A DNA stretch of 64,000 nt, taken from NCBI GenBank assembly GCA_963813715.1, contig CAWFAK010000002.1:107690-171689 (forward strand), given 5' to 3'. Below the pieces are notes generated by a model, which was not told where the DNA came from, made no database searches, and worked only from the letters and a program-made list of their open reading frames with translations. Positions 50,307-61,363 of this stretch are shown here, one piece after another (the first letter of the stretch is position 1; the number at the start of each line of letters is the position of its first letter). The stretch is from an uncultured Planctomycetaceae bacterium (lineage in GTDB: Bacteria > Planctomycetota > Planctomycetia > Planctomycetales > Planctomycetaceae). A program made the position numbers and the translations under genes.

Positions 50307-51756
50307 ATGCACAACCGCAAGCTTTATATCGAGACGGTCGGCTGCCAGATGAACGAGCTCGATAGCGAGCTGGTCGTGGCGGCGCTGCGTCGCGAAGGCT
50401 ACGAGCTGACCGCCGACGTGCAGGAGGCCGACACGGTCCTCTTCAATACGTGCAGCGTCCGCGAGCACGCCGAGCACAAGATCTACAGCCAGTTGGGCCG
50501 CCTGCGGCACAGCAAGAAACGCCGTCCCAAGCAGGTGATCGGCGTGATGGGCTGCATGGCCCAGAAGGACCAGGAGCTGATTTTCCAGCGGGCTCCGCAC
50601 GTCGACCTGGTCGTGGGGACCGGTCAGCTTTCGGAAATCCCGCGGCTGATCGCCGAGAGTCGCGAAAATCGGCAACGGGCTCTGGCCGTCAGCCTGGACC
50701 GCACGGAAGGCAGTCGCCTCGAAGTTTCCGAGAGCTTTCAGAGCTACGATCCGCTCCGCGAGCCGGAGATGCGGCCGTCGCCGTATCAGGCCTACGTGCG
50801 GATCATGCTCGGCTGCGACAAGTTCTGTACGTACTGCGTCGTGCCAATGACGCGCGGCCCCGAGCAGAGCCGCCCGCCCAGCCAGATTGCGGCCGAAGTC
50901 CGGCTGCTAGCCGACCAAGGCGTCAAGGAAGTTACGCTGCTGGGACAGACCGTCAACAGCTACAAGTACACCGAAGCGGGCCGGCTCTATCGGCTCAGCG
51001 ATCTCTTGGCTTTGATCCACGACACGGCGGGCATCCTGCGGATCAAGTTCGTGACGAACTATCCCCGCGACATGACCGATGATCTGCTGAGCGCCGTCCG
51101 CGATTTGCCCAAGGTCTGCCGCTATTTGCACGTGCCGCTCCAATCGGGCTCCGACGACGTGCTGCGCGTGATGAAGCGTGGCTACACCGTGGACCAGTAT
51201 CTCGAGATGCACGATCGCATTCGCGAGGTGATGCCGGACTGTGCCGTGTCGAGCGACTTCATCGTCGGCCATCCGGGCGAAACGGAGGTCGAATTCACGA
51301 AGAGCATCGACCTCGTCCGCCGTTGCCGCTTTAAGAACAGCTTCATTTTCAAGTACAGCCCGCGTCCCGGAACGAAGGCGTTCGAACGCTACCCGGACGA
51401 GATTCCGGAAGACGTGAAGCGCCGCCGCAACAACGAACTCCTGGCCATTCAGAACGAGATCAGCGAAGAGGACAACGCAGGTTTCATCGGCCGCGAAGTA
51501 GAAGTGTTGGTCGAGGGCCCGAGCAAAGCGGCCCGCAAACTCCACTCGGACGCAGAGACTGGCGCCGAACGGGCCGATCCAGCTCGTCGGCCGCTCGACT
51601 TGCGACCGCATCGTGGTCTTCGACGGTAATCCCCGCCTGGCCGGCAGCCTCGCCCGGATCGCCATCTACGACTGCACGGCCACCACGCTCCTCGGCACCA
51701 TCGTCACGCGCGAGCTCCAGCACGGCTCGAGTTCGCTGTTGCCGATCCTGGCTTAG
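50307..51756 (+). CDS. miaB: tRNA-2-methylthio-N6-dimethylallyladenosine synthase (frameshift near 51570)
   Basis: GCQMN..DS, NTCSVRE.AE, GCMAQ, GCDKFCTYCVVP, HVPLQSGSD, FKYSPRPGT; TRAM domain ends at TAG 51756 in the shifted frame. Confidence 0.96.
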
Positions 51757-51763
51757 GACTGAC

Positions 51764-53642
51764 TCATCCGGCGGGGTCCGGCGTGATGTCCACGTCGTCG
51801 ATGTGATAGATGGCGTTCGGCTCTGGCACGTCCGGGTTCGGCGAGACCCGGTCCGGGGCTTTTTCCGCCGAGGTCCGAATCGTCGGCTCATTGCGATAAG
51901 GGCCCGTGCGAAACGACAGTCGCTCGACGCTTTTCGCGTACTCCGCGAATTTGGCGGCCGCGGCGACCGGCTTGCCGTCGAGTGAGACGTCGAACGTTTG
52001 CCGCGCGACGTCGACTTTGAGTGCAATCTCGTACCACTTGCCTGGCTCGTACTGAGCAAGCACGGATGAGTCGCCTCCATTCTGGAACCGGATCTTGCCG
52101 TCGGCGGCGAAGATCAAGCGAACAGGCCGGTAGCCGACGTGATCGGTGACCTCGATCTCCAGCGTGCCATGCCGATTCTGCTCGGCGTGCACCCGGAAAT
52201 GGACGGTCACCGCCTTCGTTTCCGGAAAGACGCGCACAGCGCGGGCGTAGTCGTAGGGGTCGCGGTCCTGCAGCTCGAGGCTCTTGTTGGTCGCGCTGGG
52301 AAAGGCGGCGATCGCGACGGGCGCCCACTTGGGGCTGTAAGTGTTCCAGTTCGTCACCGGGCCGCCGACTTTGAGGTCATCGAACGTGTCATGAACGGGC
52401 CCGCTGACGGTGCCGCGCACCGGGACCGGGATGCGGCTAACCCAGATGTCTTCCTTGTTCACGCTGTAAGTCACCCATTGGTCGGCGCCGGGGGTTTGGC
52501 CGTTCCCTTCTTCGACCATGCGGTTGTATTGCGGGCCGAAGTCTTTGTAGCGGCCCTCAAAGCGGCGGGGAGGGACTTCGCCGTGCACGCAGAGCATGTT
52601 GTCGAAAAACACGCCGTCGTCGCCGGTCACCACCACCAGCGGCCAGCGATGATCGTCGTCGATGTTTGAGGTGTAGACGAGGGCGTAACGGCCGTCGCTC
52701 GTTCTGCGACCGGAGATTTTCGCGCCGGTCATCTGCAACGTGGGGCACTTGACCGGCGGCGACCATGTCTTCCCTTCGTCGTCGGAGAGCGCCGCCATCG
52801 ACCACTTCCACAGCCCCACCACCTTGCCATCCTTGCGGTGAAACCAGTTAAACGCCTCTTGGGTGCCGTGGGACTTCACCGAGAAGAAATCGCCCTCGAA
52901 CAACTCCTCTTCTTCCCAGAACTGCTCGCGCATGAGCCGGTTGTCGAAAAATGCGTCGCAGGCTTGGACGAAGCCGGCGTCCGGCGAGGCTTTGTAATGC
53001 GGAAATCCCGTGTTGCGCTCGTTCCAGCCGGAACGGGTGTTGTAGCGCAGAAAGTAAATCGGGCCGAAGCTGCCATCCTTGTGGATCTCCCGGACGACGC
53101 GGCCGATGCCACCGGGCCCGAACGGATCGGGAGCGTGTCCGTAGAAGGCCATCGCCAGGAGCCGCTGATCCGGGGCGATGTAGAAACCCATCCGCTGATG
53201 CATCATGGCCGTCCCCGGCGGATCGGGCGGCAGCAGTTTGTAAATCGGAAAGACGACTTGCGGCGGATCCCAGCGGCGACCGTCCGCGGACGTCGAGAGG
53301 AACGTCTGCCCCGGAGCGATGTGCTCGCCGACCGGATTGCTCAAGTACTCGACGTAAAAGCGGCCGTTCCAATAGGCGATCATCGGCGCATGGTTGTAGG
53401 TCCAGCCGAATTTGTCAGCCAATTCGGGATGCGAGCGATTGGCCCGCGTGACCTGAAAGCTCTCGACGCCGACGGCAGGCCGCAACTGGCCATCATGCGC
53501 CGGCGGAAAGGCGCGGGCTTCGCCGATGTAACGCACCGGCTCGCTAATGCCGCCGGTTTGGGCGCTCGATGCCGCCGGTGCGCAGAAGCAACGCGCCGGC
53601 GGCAAGCATGCAGACGATGAGAGCACGATCGTGAAACAGCAT
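51764..53642 (-). CDS. Secreted beta-propeller glycoside hydrolase, GH143-like (frameshift after the signal peptide)
   Basis: HDGQL.P.VGV, RANR.HP...GWTYNH.PM.AYWNG, MHQR.GFY, GIGRVVREI.KDG.FGPIYF, RWPL, YK..GPQY, YSVNKED.W.SRIPVP; BNR motifs S.DG..W. Confidence 0.7.
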
Positions 53643-53712
53643 GGAACCAAGTCTAACGTGACGAGTCGTCGACGGCAGGCTATCGGTATGGGCGTCTCCG
53701 ACAACAGGGGAC

Positions 53713-53946
53713 TCAGTCCAAGATTGCCACCAGCAACTGCGCAACTCGCCGATTGAGATCGGGAGTCGGGCTCAGCCCCATGCTGATCCACTCGAGCTTT
53801 CCCAGATGATCCGCCAGCTTCTCCACGCCTGCCAGCTCCTGCATCATTCGGTAAATCGTCGGAATGTAGCCGTCGTACTCATCGTCGGGAACATTGACGC
53901 CGATCGGATTCCACTGGTCGACGAGGACGCGTCGGATCGCGTTCAC
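53713..53946 (-). CDS. Small YugE/DUF1871-like protein
   Basis: W(N/D)PIG....DEYD.Y motif. Start uncertain. Confidence 0.55.
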   Translation of the reverse strand: MNAIRRVLVDQWNPIGVNVPDDEYDGYIPTIYRMMQELAGVEKLADHLGKLEWISMGLSPTPDLNRRVAQLLVAILD

Positions 53947-54069
53947 GTTCTCATAATGGTCGCGCTCTTTTCGAGGGCATAATTTGATTCTACCATCGCG
54001 TCAACATCGCGATTCGCAGCTTGGCGCAGGACCCGACATACGGTTCAATGAGAGCGGAGGAATGTACGT

Positions 54070-54825
54070 ATGCAAAAAGTCTCGCGGCGTGAGTTTTCCC
54101 AGCAGGCAATCGGTTCGCTGCTGACGTATTCGCTGCTCGAAACGCTGTTTGCCCACGACGCCTTCGGGTCGGACGTGCGGCCGCAAACGGTGGAGTGGCT
54201 GGCCGGTGTGAACGCGCTCGGTCAAGACGTGCAGGGGCAAAAGCTGCCGCAGTTGGAGTGGCAGAAACAGATTGAAAAGCTGTTCAGCCAGGTGAATTTG
54301 GCCGATCTGCTCCAACTGATCGACTTCGACCGGCTGACCAAAAACATCAAGCTCGTCGACCGGGGGGCGCTGAGCCTGTCGTTCAAATTCCCCAATGTGG
54401 AGGGGCTGCCGACGCAATATGTGTTCGGCAAGCAGATCTTCGGGCTCAAGCAGGGTCGCTCGGTGGTGCCGCACGGGCACAACAACATGGCGACCGCCTT
54501 CCTGATCCTCAAAGGTGATCTGCGGGGCCGCCACTACGATCGCTTGGAAGACTTGCCGGACGCCTACATCATCAAGCCGACGATCGACCGCAAGTTTTCG
54601 CCCGGCGAGTGCTCGTCGATTTCGGACAAGAAGAACAACGTCCACTGGTTTGAGGCGCTGACCGAGCCGGCGTTCATCTTCAACATTCACGTGCTCAACG
54701 TGACGCCGGGCCTCGGCGTGCCGACGGGCCGCGTGTATCTCAACCCGGAAGGCGAAAAACTCGCCGGCGGCCGCATCAAAGCGCCGCTGATCGACTACCA
54801 CACGTCGGTGAAGTTGTTCGGCTGA
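54070..54825 (+). CDS. Tat-exported cupin, thiol-dioxygenase-like
   Basis: GGAGG SD; SRREF twin-arginine motif; VPHGHNNM...LILKG and NVHWF (three His). Confidence 0.7.
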   Translation: MQKVSRREFSQQAIGSLLTYSLLETLFAHDAFGSDVRPQTVEWLAGVNALGQDVQGQKLPQLEWQKQIEKLFSQVNLADLLQLIDFDRLTKNIKLVDRGALSLSFKFPNVEGLPTQYVFGKQIFGLKQGRSVVPHGHNNMATAFLILKGDLRGRHYDRLEDLPDAYIIKPTIDRKFSPGECSSISDKKNNVHWFEALTEPAFIFNIHVLNVTPGLGVPTGRVYLNPEGEKLAGGRIKAPLIDYHTSVKLFG

Positions 54826-54850
54826 GACGACAGCACGCGACCCGCCAGAC

Positions 54851-54889
54851 GCGAAACACCCGCCAGCTGAGGCTGGCGGCTCGCCGGGC
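54851..54889 (-). repeat. REP-like element, copy 2; hairpin between convergent genes
   Basis: CCGCCAGC-tgag-GCTGGCGG core; 34/39 match to 26567-26605. Confidence 0.8.
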
Positions 54890-54907
54890 GTTTGGCAGAG
54901 ACCTCAC

Positions 54908-57900
54908 TCAGTGCGCCATGTGTGCTGACGCCGCGGAAGGTTCGCGGTGGCCATAGAAGGTGTAGAGCACGGGCATCAGGTAGCGGGTCAAAAAGAGCGT
55001 GCTGATCATGCCGCCGACGACCACGATGGCAAGCGGCCGCTGAGTCTGCGAGCCGATCTTGGTTGAGAGGGCGGCGGGCAAGAGCCCGAAGATGGCGGTG
55101 AGCGCCGTCATCATCACGGGGCGGACCCGTTTCTCGGCCCCCTGCAAGATCGCCTCTTCGAGCGGTAACCCCTGGAATCGCAGCTGATTGAAATACGAAA
55201 TCAGCAAAAGCCCGTCCATAATCGCCACGCCGAAGATCGAAATGAAGCCGACGGCCGCCGAGATATTGAAGTTCGTCCCCGTCAACAGCAAGGCCCACAC
55301 GCCGCCCAGCGACAGCGCGACGACGTTAGAGAAGACCATGATCGAGTCGAGCACGTTGCGAAACGCCATGTAGAGCAGGATGAAAATCATCGTCAGCGAA
55401 AGCGGGACGATGATCATCAGCCGCGCCTCGGCGTCCTGCATTTCCTCGAATTCGCCGCTCCAGACCGCGCGGTAGGGGGCTTTGAAGATGTCCTTGGTGC
55501 GTTCCTGGGCCTCGGCGACGGCGCCTGCCAGGTCGCGGCCGCGGACGCTGAACTTGATCGCGATCAGCCGTTTCCCCTGCTCGCGATAGATCATCGACGC
55601 GCCCGGCCGCGTGAAGTGGCCGTCGACATCGGGGGCTCCGTCTTCTCCCACCGGCGTGACCAGGTCGCGCAGCCGCAAACGAGGCGTGTTGCTGATGATG
55701 TTGCCAGTGTTGGCGAGCGCCCCGACGTTGGACGGAGCGGCCGTGCCGTGTCCGATGGCGCTGGGGATCACGCCCGGGCCCTGATTCTGAACCACGCTGT
55801 TGTTGCCGATGTCGACGGGGATATCGAGGATGTCCGTTTCGCTGCTGCGCAAACGCTTGGGCCAGCGGACTGAAATGTCGAAGAGCTTTTCGCCTTCCAC
55901 CATGCTGGAGAGCGCCTTGCCGCCGAGCGCGCTCGTCACCACGTTGTTGACGTCGGCCGTCTGCACGCCCCACCGCTGGCATTTCTCGGGGTCGACGCGG
56001 AACTCGAAGTGCGACTGGCCGCGGATGTGGAAGATGCCCACGTTCTCGATGCCGGGGACCTGCTGCAGCTGGTTTTTGGTCTTTTCTGCCAGCGTCTCGA
56101 GCTTGTCCAGATCGGGGCCGATGATCTTGACCGAGTTGTCTCCCTTGATGCCCGAGAGGGCTTCCATCACGTTATCGCGAATATTTTGCGAGAAGTTCCA
56201 GGAGATGCCGGGGAGCTTGGCTTCGAGCTCGGCATTCATGGCATCGACGATTTCTTCTTTCGTGCGGGCCCGCTTCGGTCCGAAGAGCCACTTTTCCCAA
56301 CCGGTGCGGTCGGCGACCAGCGGCCATTCTTTTTCGGGCCGCAGCGGCACGAAATACTCGCTGTTGTAGTAGCCGTCGGTATCGGTGGCGTCGTCCGGGC
56401 GGCCGAGCTGGTTGACGATCGATTCGACCTCCGGGTAGGTCGCCATGATGGACCGGGCTCGTTGTGAAATCTCGGTGTGCCGCTCCAGCGACGTGTTGAG
56501 CGGAGCCGTGCCCCGGATCCACAAGTTGCCTTCTTCGAGCGCCGGCATGAACTCGCGGCCCAGGAACGGGAGCATCATCAGCGTCCCGACCGTGAGAGCC
56601 GACATGATGCCGACGGTCCCCCAGCGGTATTGCAGGCAGACTCGCAGGTTCCGCAGGTAGCCCTCTTTCATTTTCCGCACCAGCCAGTTATCCGGCGTGG
56701 GCTGCAGATTCTTGAAGGAGAGCAAACACAGCACGGGGGCGACGGTCAGGGCCAGGATCAGGGCGCCTGCCAAAGCGAAGGCGTACGTGTCGGCCATCGG
56801 CCCGAAAATCTGTCCTTCCGGTCCTTTCATGGTGAAGAGCGGCACGAAGGCGCAGACCATGATGGCCGTGGTGAAGAACAACGCCCGCTCGACCTCGTGC
56901 GTTGCCTTGAGGATCCGCTGCTTGAGCGTCAGCTCGGCATATTCGCCCGAGCTGAGGTGGCGATAAATGTTCTCGACCATGATCACGGACGAGTCGACGA
57001 TGATGCCGAAGTCCACCGCCCCGATCGAGAGCAGGTTCGCCGACATGCCCCGCGTGAAGAGCACGGTGAAGGCGAAGCACAGGGCCAGCGGAATGTTGAT
57101 CGCCACGATGAGCGCACTGCGGACGTTGCTCAAAAACATCAGCAGGATGATCGTGACCAGGGCCATCCCCACCAACAGGTTTTCCCGCACGGTCTCGGTG
57201 GTGATCGCCAACAGTTCGCTACGGTCGTAGTAAGGATCGATTTTCACTCCGGGCAGCATCCGCCCGGCATCGGGACCGTTCAACTCGGCAACCTTCGCTT
57301 TGACGTCCCTGAGCGCGGGCGCGTCTCCTCGTTCTTCCGCATCAGCACGATGCACTCGACGACGTCGGGTTCGTCGTGACCGATCTGGGCGAGGGTTTGC
57401 TTGGAATGCGGCGGCCGGTCCTTGTCGGCCTTCCAATAGCCGATGCGTCCGAGGCGCGTTTGGTGACTGACGACAACGCCTTGCTGCCCCAGATCGCCGT
57501 CCGAGGCCCGGCCCCCTTCCACAAGGTCTTCGACGCGGACCGGCTGGTTGTTGACCGAGGTGACGACCAGCGCGCGGATGTCCTTGATACGACGCTTCTC
57601 CTCGTCGCGAAGGATCGAGGATGCCTGCTTGGGATCGGACAGCCCCAGCACCTTTACGGTTGGGTCGGCCCCGCCGCCGAAGAGACCGACGCTGCGGACG
57701 GTCATCGCGACCTGTCCCTGGTTCACGTAGTCGCCGCCGACGGTGGCGTTGCTGTTCTGGATGGCGTTCTGCAGCTGCGCGAGCGTGATCCCGAATTTGC
57801 GGAGACGATCCGGATCAGGCTGCACCTCGTAGCGCCGGACGGTGCCTCCCCAACCGCACACGTCGACGATGCGGGGCACAGTGCGAAACTCGCGCTCGAG

Positions 57901-58407
57901 CACCCAATCCTGCAGTGCCTTCAGATCGTTGAGCGTGTACACGTCATGCCCCGACGAATCGCGGGGCACGTTCAGCACGTAGCGATAGATCTCGCCCGTG
58001 GGCGACTCGGGCGAAATCTGGGGCGTGACCCCGGCCGGCAGCGGCTGCGAGAGTGTGGCCAGGCGATTGATGACTTCTTGCCGGCCGGCTTCGTAAGTGT
58101 AGCGGCTGCCGTAGTTCCAGCTCATCTTCAAGTCGGCCAGACCGAAGAGCGACTTGCTGCGGATCGCACTGAGGCCCGGCATGCCCGCGAACGTGACTTC
58201 GAGCGGGACGGTGACCTGGCGTTCGATTTCCTCAGCCGACGCACCGGGAAACTGGGCGAAGACCTCGATGATGGCCGGCGCGGGATCGGGATACGCCTCG
58301 ACGTTCACGTTGAGGAACGAGTACGTGCCGACGAAGGCCAAGCCGACGGCCAAGAGCACAACGAGGAGCGGGTTAGCAAGTGCCCACTCAATGACTTTGC
58401 GGACCAT
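54908..58407 (-). CDS. CzcA/CusA-family heavy-metal RND permease (frameshift near 57.3 kb)
   Basis: EAYPD, GEIYRY, LQDW, ANLLSIGAVDFGIIVD, GPEG..F.PMA, G.EFMP.LEEG, RVRPVMMTA, QRPLA.VVVGG. Confidence 0.93.
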
Positions 58408-58585
58408 GAGCGTTCGGTTTCCAAACGGCCAGCGTGCGCCGCCTCAAGGTTCCAGATGACGCGAGTGTGACGCGTCAAATGTTTCAAACGGCGCGAGTGT
58501 CTTGCGTCGGTGGGCGGTGCAAACCTGCCAGACGCAGGATGCGAAGCGAAAATCCCGTCGGCTCGCGCCCGTCCTGCTTCGTCCC

Positions 58586-60634
58586 TTACTGACCTGATTT
58601 CGGCTCTGGATGCGGTTGCGACTCTGGATGCGGTTGCGATTCCTTGTCGAGCAGCGCGGTCTTGAGTTCGCCGACTCCTGTCCCCAGGATCCGCTCACCC
58701 GGCGCCAGCGGACGTTTCGGGAGCATTTTCAGCTCCGCTTCTTCCTCGCTCCGCTCTTCGGCCTTGGTGAACGGCCGGTTGCGGACGAAGAGACTGTGAT
58801 CGAACCGCCCCACCAGCTCGACGCGACGCATTGTGTATTGCTGTTTTTGGGCGTCGGTCTGCACGAAAACGATGCTTTGCTGCCCGTCATCCGCGACCGC
58901 GTCCGTCGGCACTTCGACGACGTCCTGCGGCGGTGGCAGCTCGACCTTGGCCGAGATCATCTTTCCGGCCAAGAGCCGGCCTTCCTTGTTGTCGATGTGC
59001 CCTTTCACCTTTGCGGTGTGATCGTTCGGGTCGATGATGTAGCTGATGTCGTCGATGTAGCCTTCCATCGGCTCGCTGCCGACCGTGGTGATCGTCCAGC
59101 GCCGCGCCCGCTCGGGCAGGGACTGCAGCGACGGCAAGTCATCCTCGGGGCAGTTGGCCACGACATACAACCGCGGGCCGCCGCCGTCTTCGTCCAGCTT
59201 GGCGATCTGAAACAGATTCAGCGTGTTGTCGGAGACGACGGTGTGGGCCGTGATGTTCCGCTCGACGATAACTCCATCATCGGGAGCCTTAATTTCTACG
59301 CGGGCCCAGCGGTCGAAGTTGGATCGATCCCGCTGTTTGAGCCTCTTCTCGGCGTCCTCGGGTTTGACCTTCTCGGCTTCGTCGCGAACGGCCTGAATGT
59401 CGGCCTCCGGAATGTTCCAGGTCCGCAGCGTGCTGACGGCTCGATTGAGGGCATTGACGTCCGCCTCGACCGCCTTTTTCTGTTGCCACAGCATCACGTC
59501 GGGCACGACGGCCGCCTTGGCCTGCCACCGCTCGAGGATCTGGCTGTCGAGCTTGAGCTGATAGATCGCGTCGATGAGATCGTTTTTCTTGTTGCCGACG
59601 TCGACGCTGTAAAAGACGGCCAGCAAGTTGCCCTTGGTGACGCGATCGCCCGAGCGCAGCTCGCGGCGGTGGCTGGTGGTGGAACCGGTCTTCAGTCGGT
59701 CTTCCTCGATCGTGCCGATCTCGACGACCTGGGCCGACGACGGCGAAGGCGCGAAGAGTGCCCGGATGGGGATCAGCCGCGTCGGGTCGAGCATGGTGGT
59801 GCCGGGCATCAGCAGCGGACGCGTGCGCGTCGGCTTGGCGGCCGTCACGATCTGGTCGACGCCGTCTTTGCGGATACCCAGAGCGGTTCGCACATCCTCC
59901 GGAATGACGAGGGTGTGCGGTTCGCCCGGCACGAGTTCGATGGATGCCGCCGCGTTCTTTTTGGGTGGGTCGGCTTCAGAGCCGGCGGTGCTGTCTCGCC
60001 CGGGCAGCTTGAGTGCGCCGTTGGCCGCACCGATTGTGGCGACGACAAGCAGCAGGACGAGCACTCCTGCCGTGTATCGCGCAACTTTGGAATCACGCAA
60101 ACGCATCGACGGCTCCTTACCGAATCTCGAGGCTGGCTCTGGTTGTTTCGTTTTAACTGGGTCAGCGTCTTGGACTGACCCGGTGGTGGGAACTGACTGA
60201 ATGTTGGGGACTGACTGTGCCGTGGGGGAGGGGGCCGGCTCCACCTTCGGTCGGGAGCCGATCTCGCCGGCGAGGGCCGCTGCGACCGTTTCTCGGAGGC
60301 TGGACAAGTCGGTCGACTTGCTCAATACCTGGCCCGCGTGCCATCCGGGAAACTCGCCTGCCGGATGGGACGCTGCGGTCAACAGAATGAGCGGCAGCCC
60401 CGCGTGCTCCGCGCGAATGGTTTCGGCGAGCCGCGCACCCGTCCCCTCTCGGAGGCAGGTGTCGAGCAGAACGAGCCGAGGTGAATGTACGGCGACCTCT
60501 CGCTCGGCCTCGGCCGAGGTGGCGGCGCGGCGGATGATGTAACCATCCTTGGCCAAGGTCTGCCCGAGCACTTGGCTGAGGACGGGATCATCTTCCACGA
60601 CCAGGAGAGTCACCGGGTTCAAACCCGAGGACAT
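58586..60634 (-). CDS. RND periplasmic adaptor (MFP) with an N-terminal receiver domain
   Basis: LLVVEDD...LVLLD...ILLTA...K; linker; TM; GD.V.KG..L, I.AP.DG.I.ER, VP..AV..G.Q..VFVQ. Confidence 0.85.
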   Translation of the reverse strand: MSSGLNPVTLLVVEDDPVLSQVLGQTLAKDGYIIRRAATSAEAEREVAVHSPRLVLLDTCLREGTGARLAETIRAEHAGLPLILLTAASHPAGEFPGWHAGQVLSKSTDLSSLRETVAAALAGEIGSRPKVEPAPSPTAQSVPNIQSVPTTGSVQDADPVKTKQPEPASRFGKEPSMRLRDSKVARYTAGVLVLLLVVATIGAANGALKLPGRDSTAGSEADPPKKNAAASIELVPGEPHTLVIPEDVRTALGIRKDGVDQIVTAAKPTRTRPLLMPGTTMLDPTRLIPIRALFAPSPSSAQVVEIGTIEEDRLKTGSTTSHRRELRSGDRVTKGNLLAVFYSVDVGNKKNDLIDAIYQLKLDSQILERWQAKAAVVPDVMLWQQKKAVEADVNALNRAVSTLRTWNIPEADIQAVRDEAEKVKPEDAEKRLKQRDRSNFDRWARVEIKAPDDGVIVERNITAHTVVSDNTLNLFQIAKLDEDGGGPRLYVVANCPEDDLPSLQSLPERARRWTITTVGSEPMEGYIDDISYIIDPNDHTAKVKGHIDNKEGRLLAGKMISAKVELPPPQDVVEVPTDAVADDGQQSIVFVQTDAQKQQYTMRRVELVGRFDHSLFVRNRPFTKAEERSEEEAELKMLPKRPLAPGERILGTGVGELKTALLDKESQPHPESQPHPEPKSGQ

Positions 60635-60675
60635 GGCGTGTGGTGGGCTCCGAAGGAAGCGCGTAGCGGCGGGCT

Positions 60676-60728
60676 AGATCTTAGCCGCTGGAACCGCGTT
60701 CTAGCCAGAGGTGCCAGATCCTAGCCGC
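60676..60728. promoter_or_regulatory. Three direct repeats with a 20-bp period upstream of the REC-MFP/RND operon
   Basis: AGATCTTAGCCGC / GCGTTCTAGCCAG / AGATCCTAGCCGC; TAGCC at 60682, 60702 and 60722. Confidence 0.7.
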
Positions 60729-61363
60729 AACGGCTTTAAGCACTTCAAGTGCCGGAGTGATGAGATGAAAGTTACTAATCACAAAGCAATATTAAATAAT
60801 GACTTGCGCTGCATTGCGGGATCGAAATGATCAGGCGGATCGCACAAATGTCTGGCCACAATGACCAGATTATGAACAGCCCATGCGCACGTCGTGACGA
60901 AGGTTTAACCTTCTGCATCCCCAAGGGTTTACGATTTCTGCCGCCGATCAGGAGTTCGATCCACTGTCGGCCCCACGAATTCGGCGAACTGCCACCACCC
61001 CTCGCCCTGATCATCCGATGAAGCAGCATAGGGCCTGGAAGTGACGCTGCATCCTCAGGCTCGTCGTGGCTCGTTTGGCACTTGTTGACGCAGCTGTGCT
61101 GCCTGTCGTCAAAGACTGGGACGGTTGGCCGAGCGGTGATTTGGCAGCACAGCGCGACGCGCGTCGTCCGTGTCGAGGCCCACGCACGCAGGCTCGGCGG
61201 CGCCGAATAAGCCAGAATTTACGTTCGGCTCGCGGGTTCGACCGCCCCACTGAGAGTACAATCGGCCCCGATCTGATGCTCAATTCTTTTGAAATCTGAG
61301 CGATTCGGCGTTCGACCACGCGCGTTTGAGTTTTTTGCATCCGGGCCAGGTCGGAGATTTTCG

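Noticed and set aside
60700..61095. Sigma-54 promoters at TGGCAC sites (about 60716 minus, about 61076 plus)
   Set aside because: The -12 GC is not at the required spacing.
61225..61255. tRNA or att-site fragment (GGGTTCGA)
   Set aside because: The T-stem does not pair, and there is no cloverleaf or CCA end.
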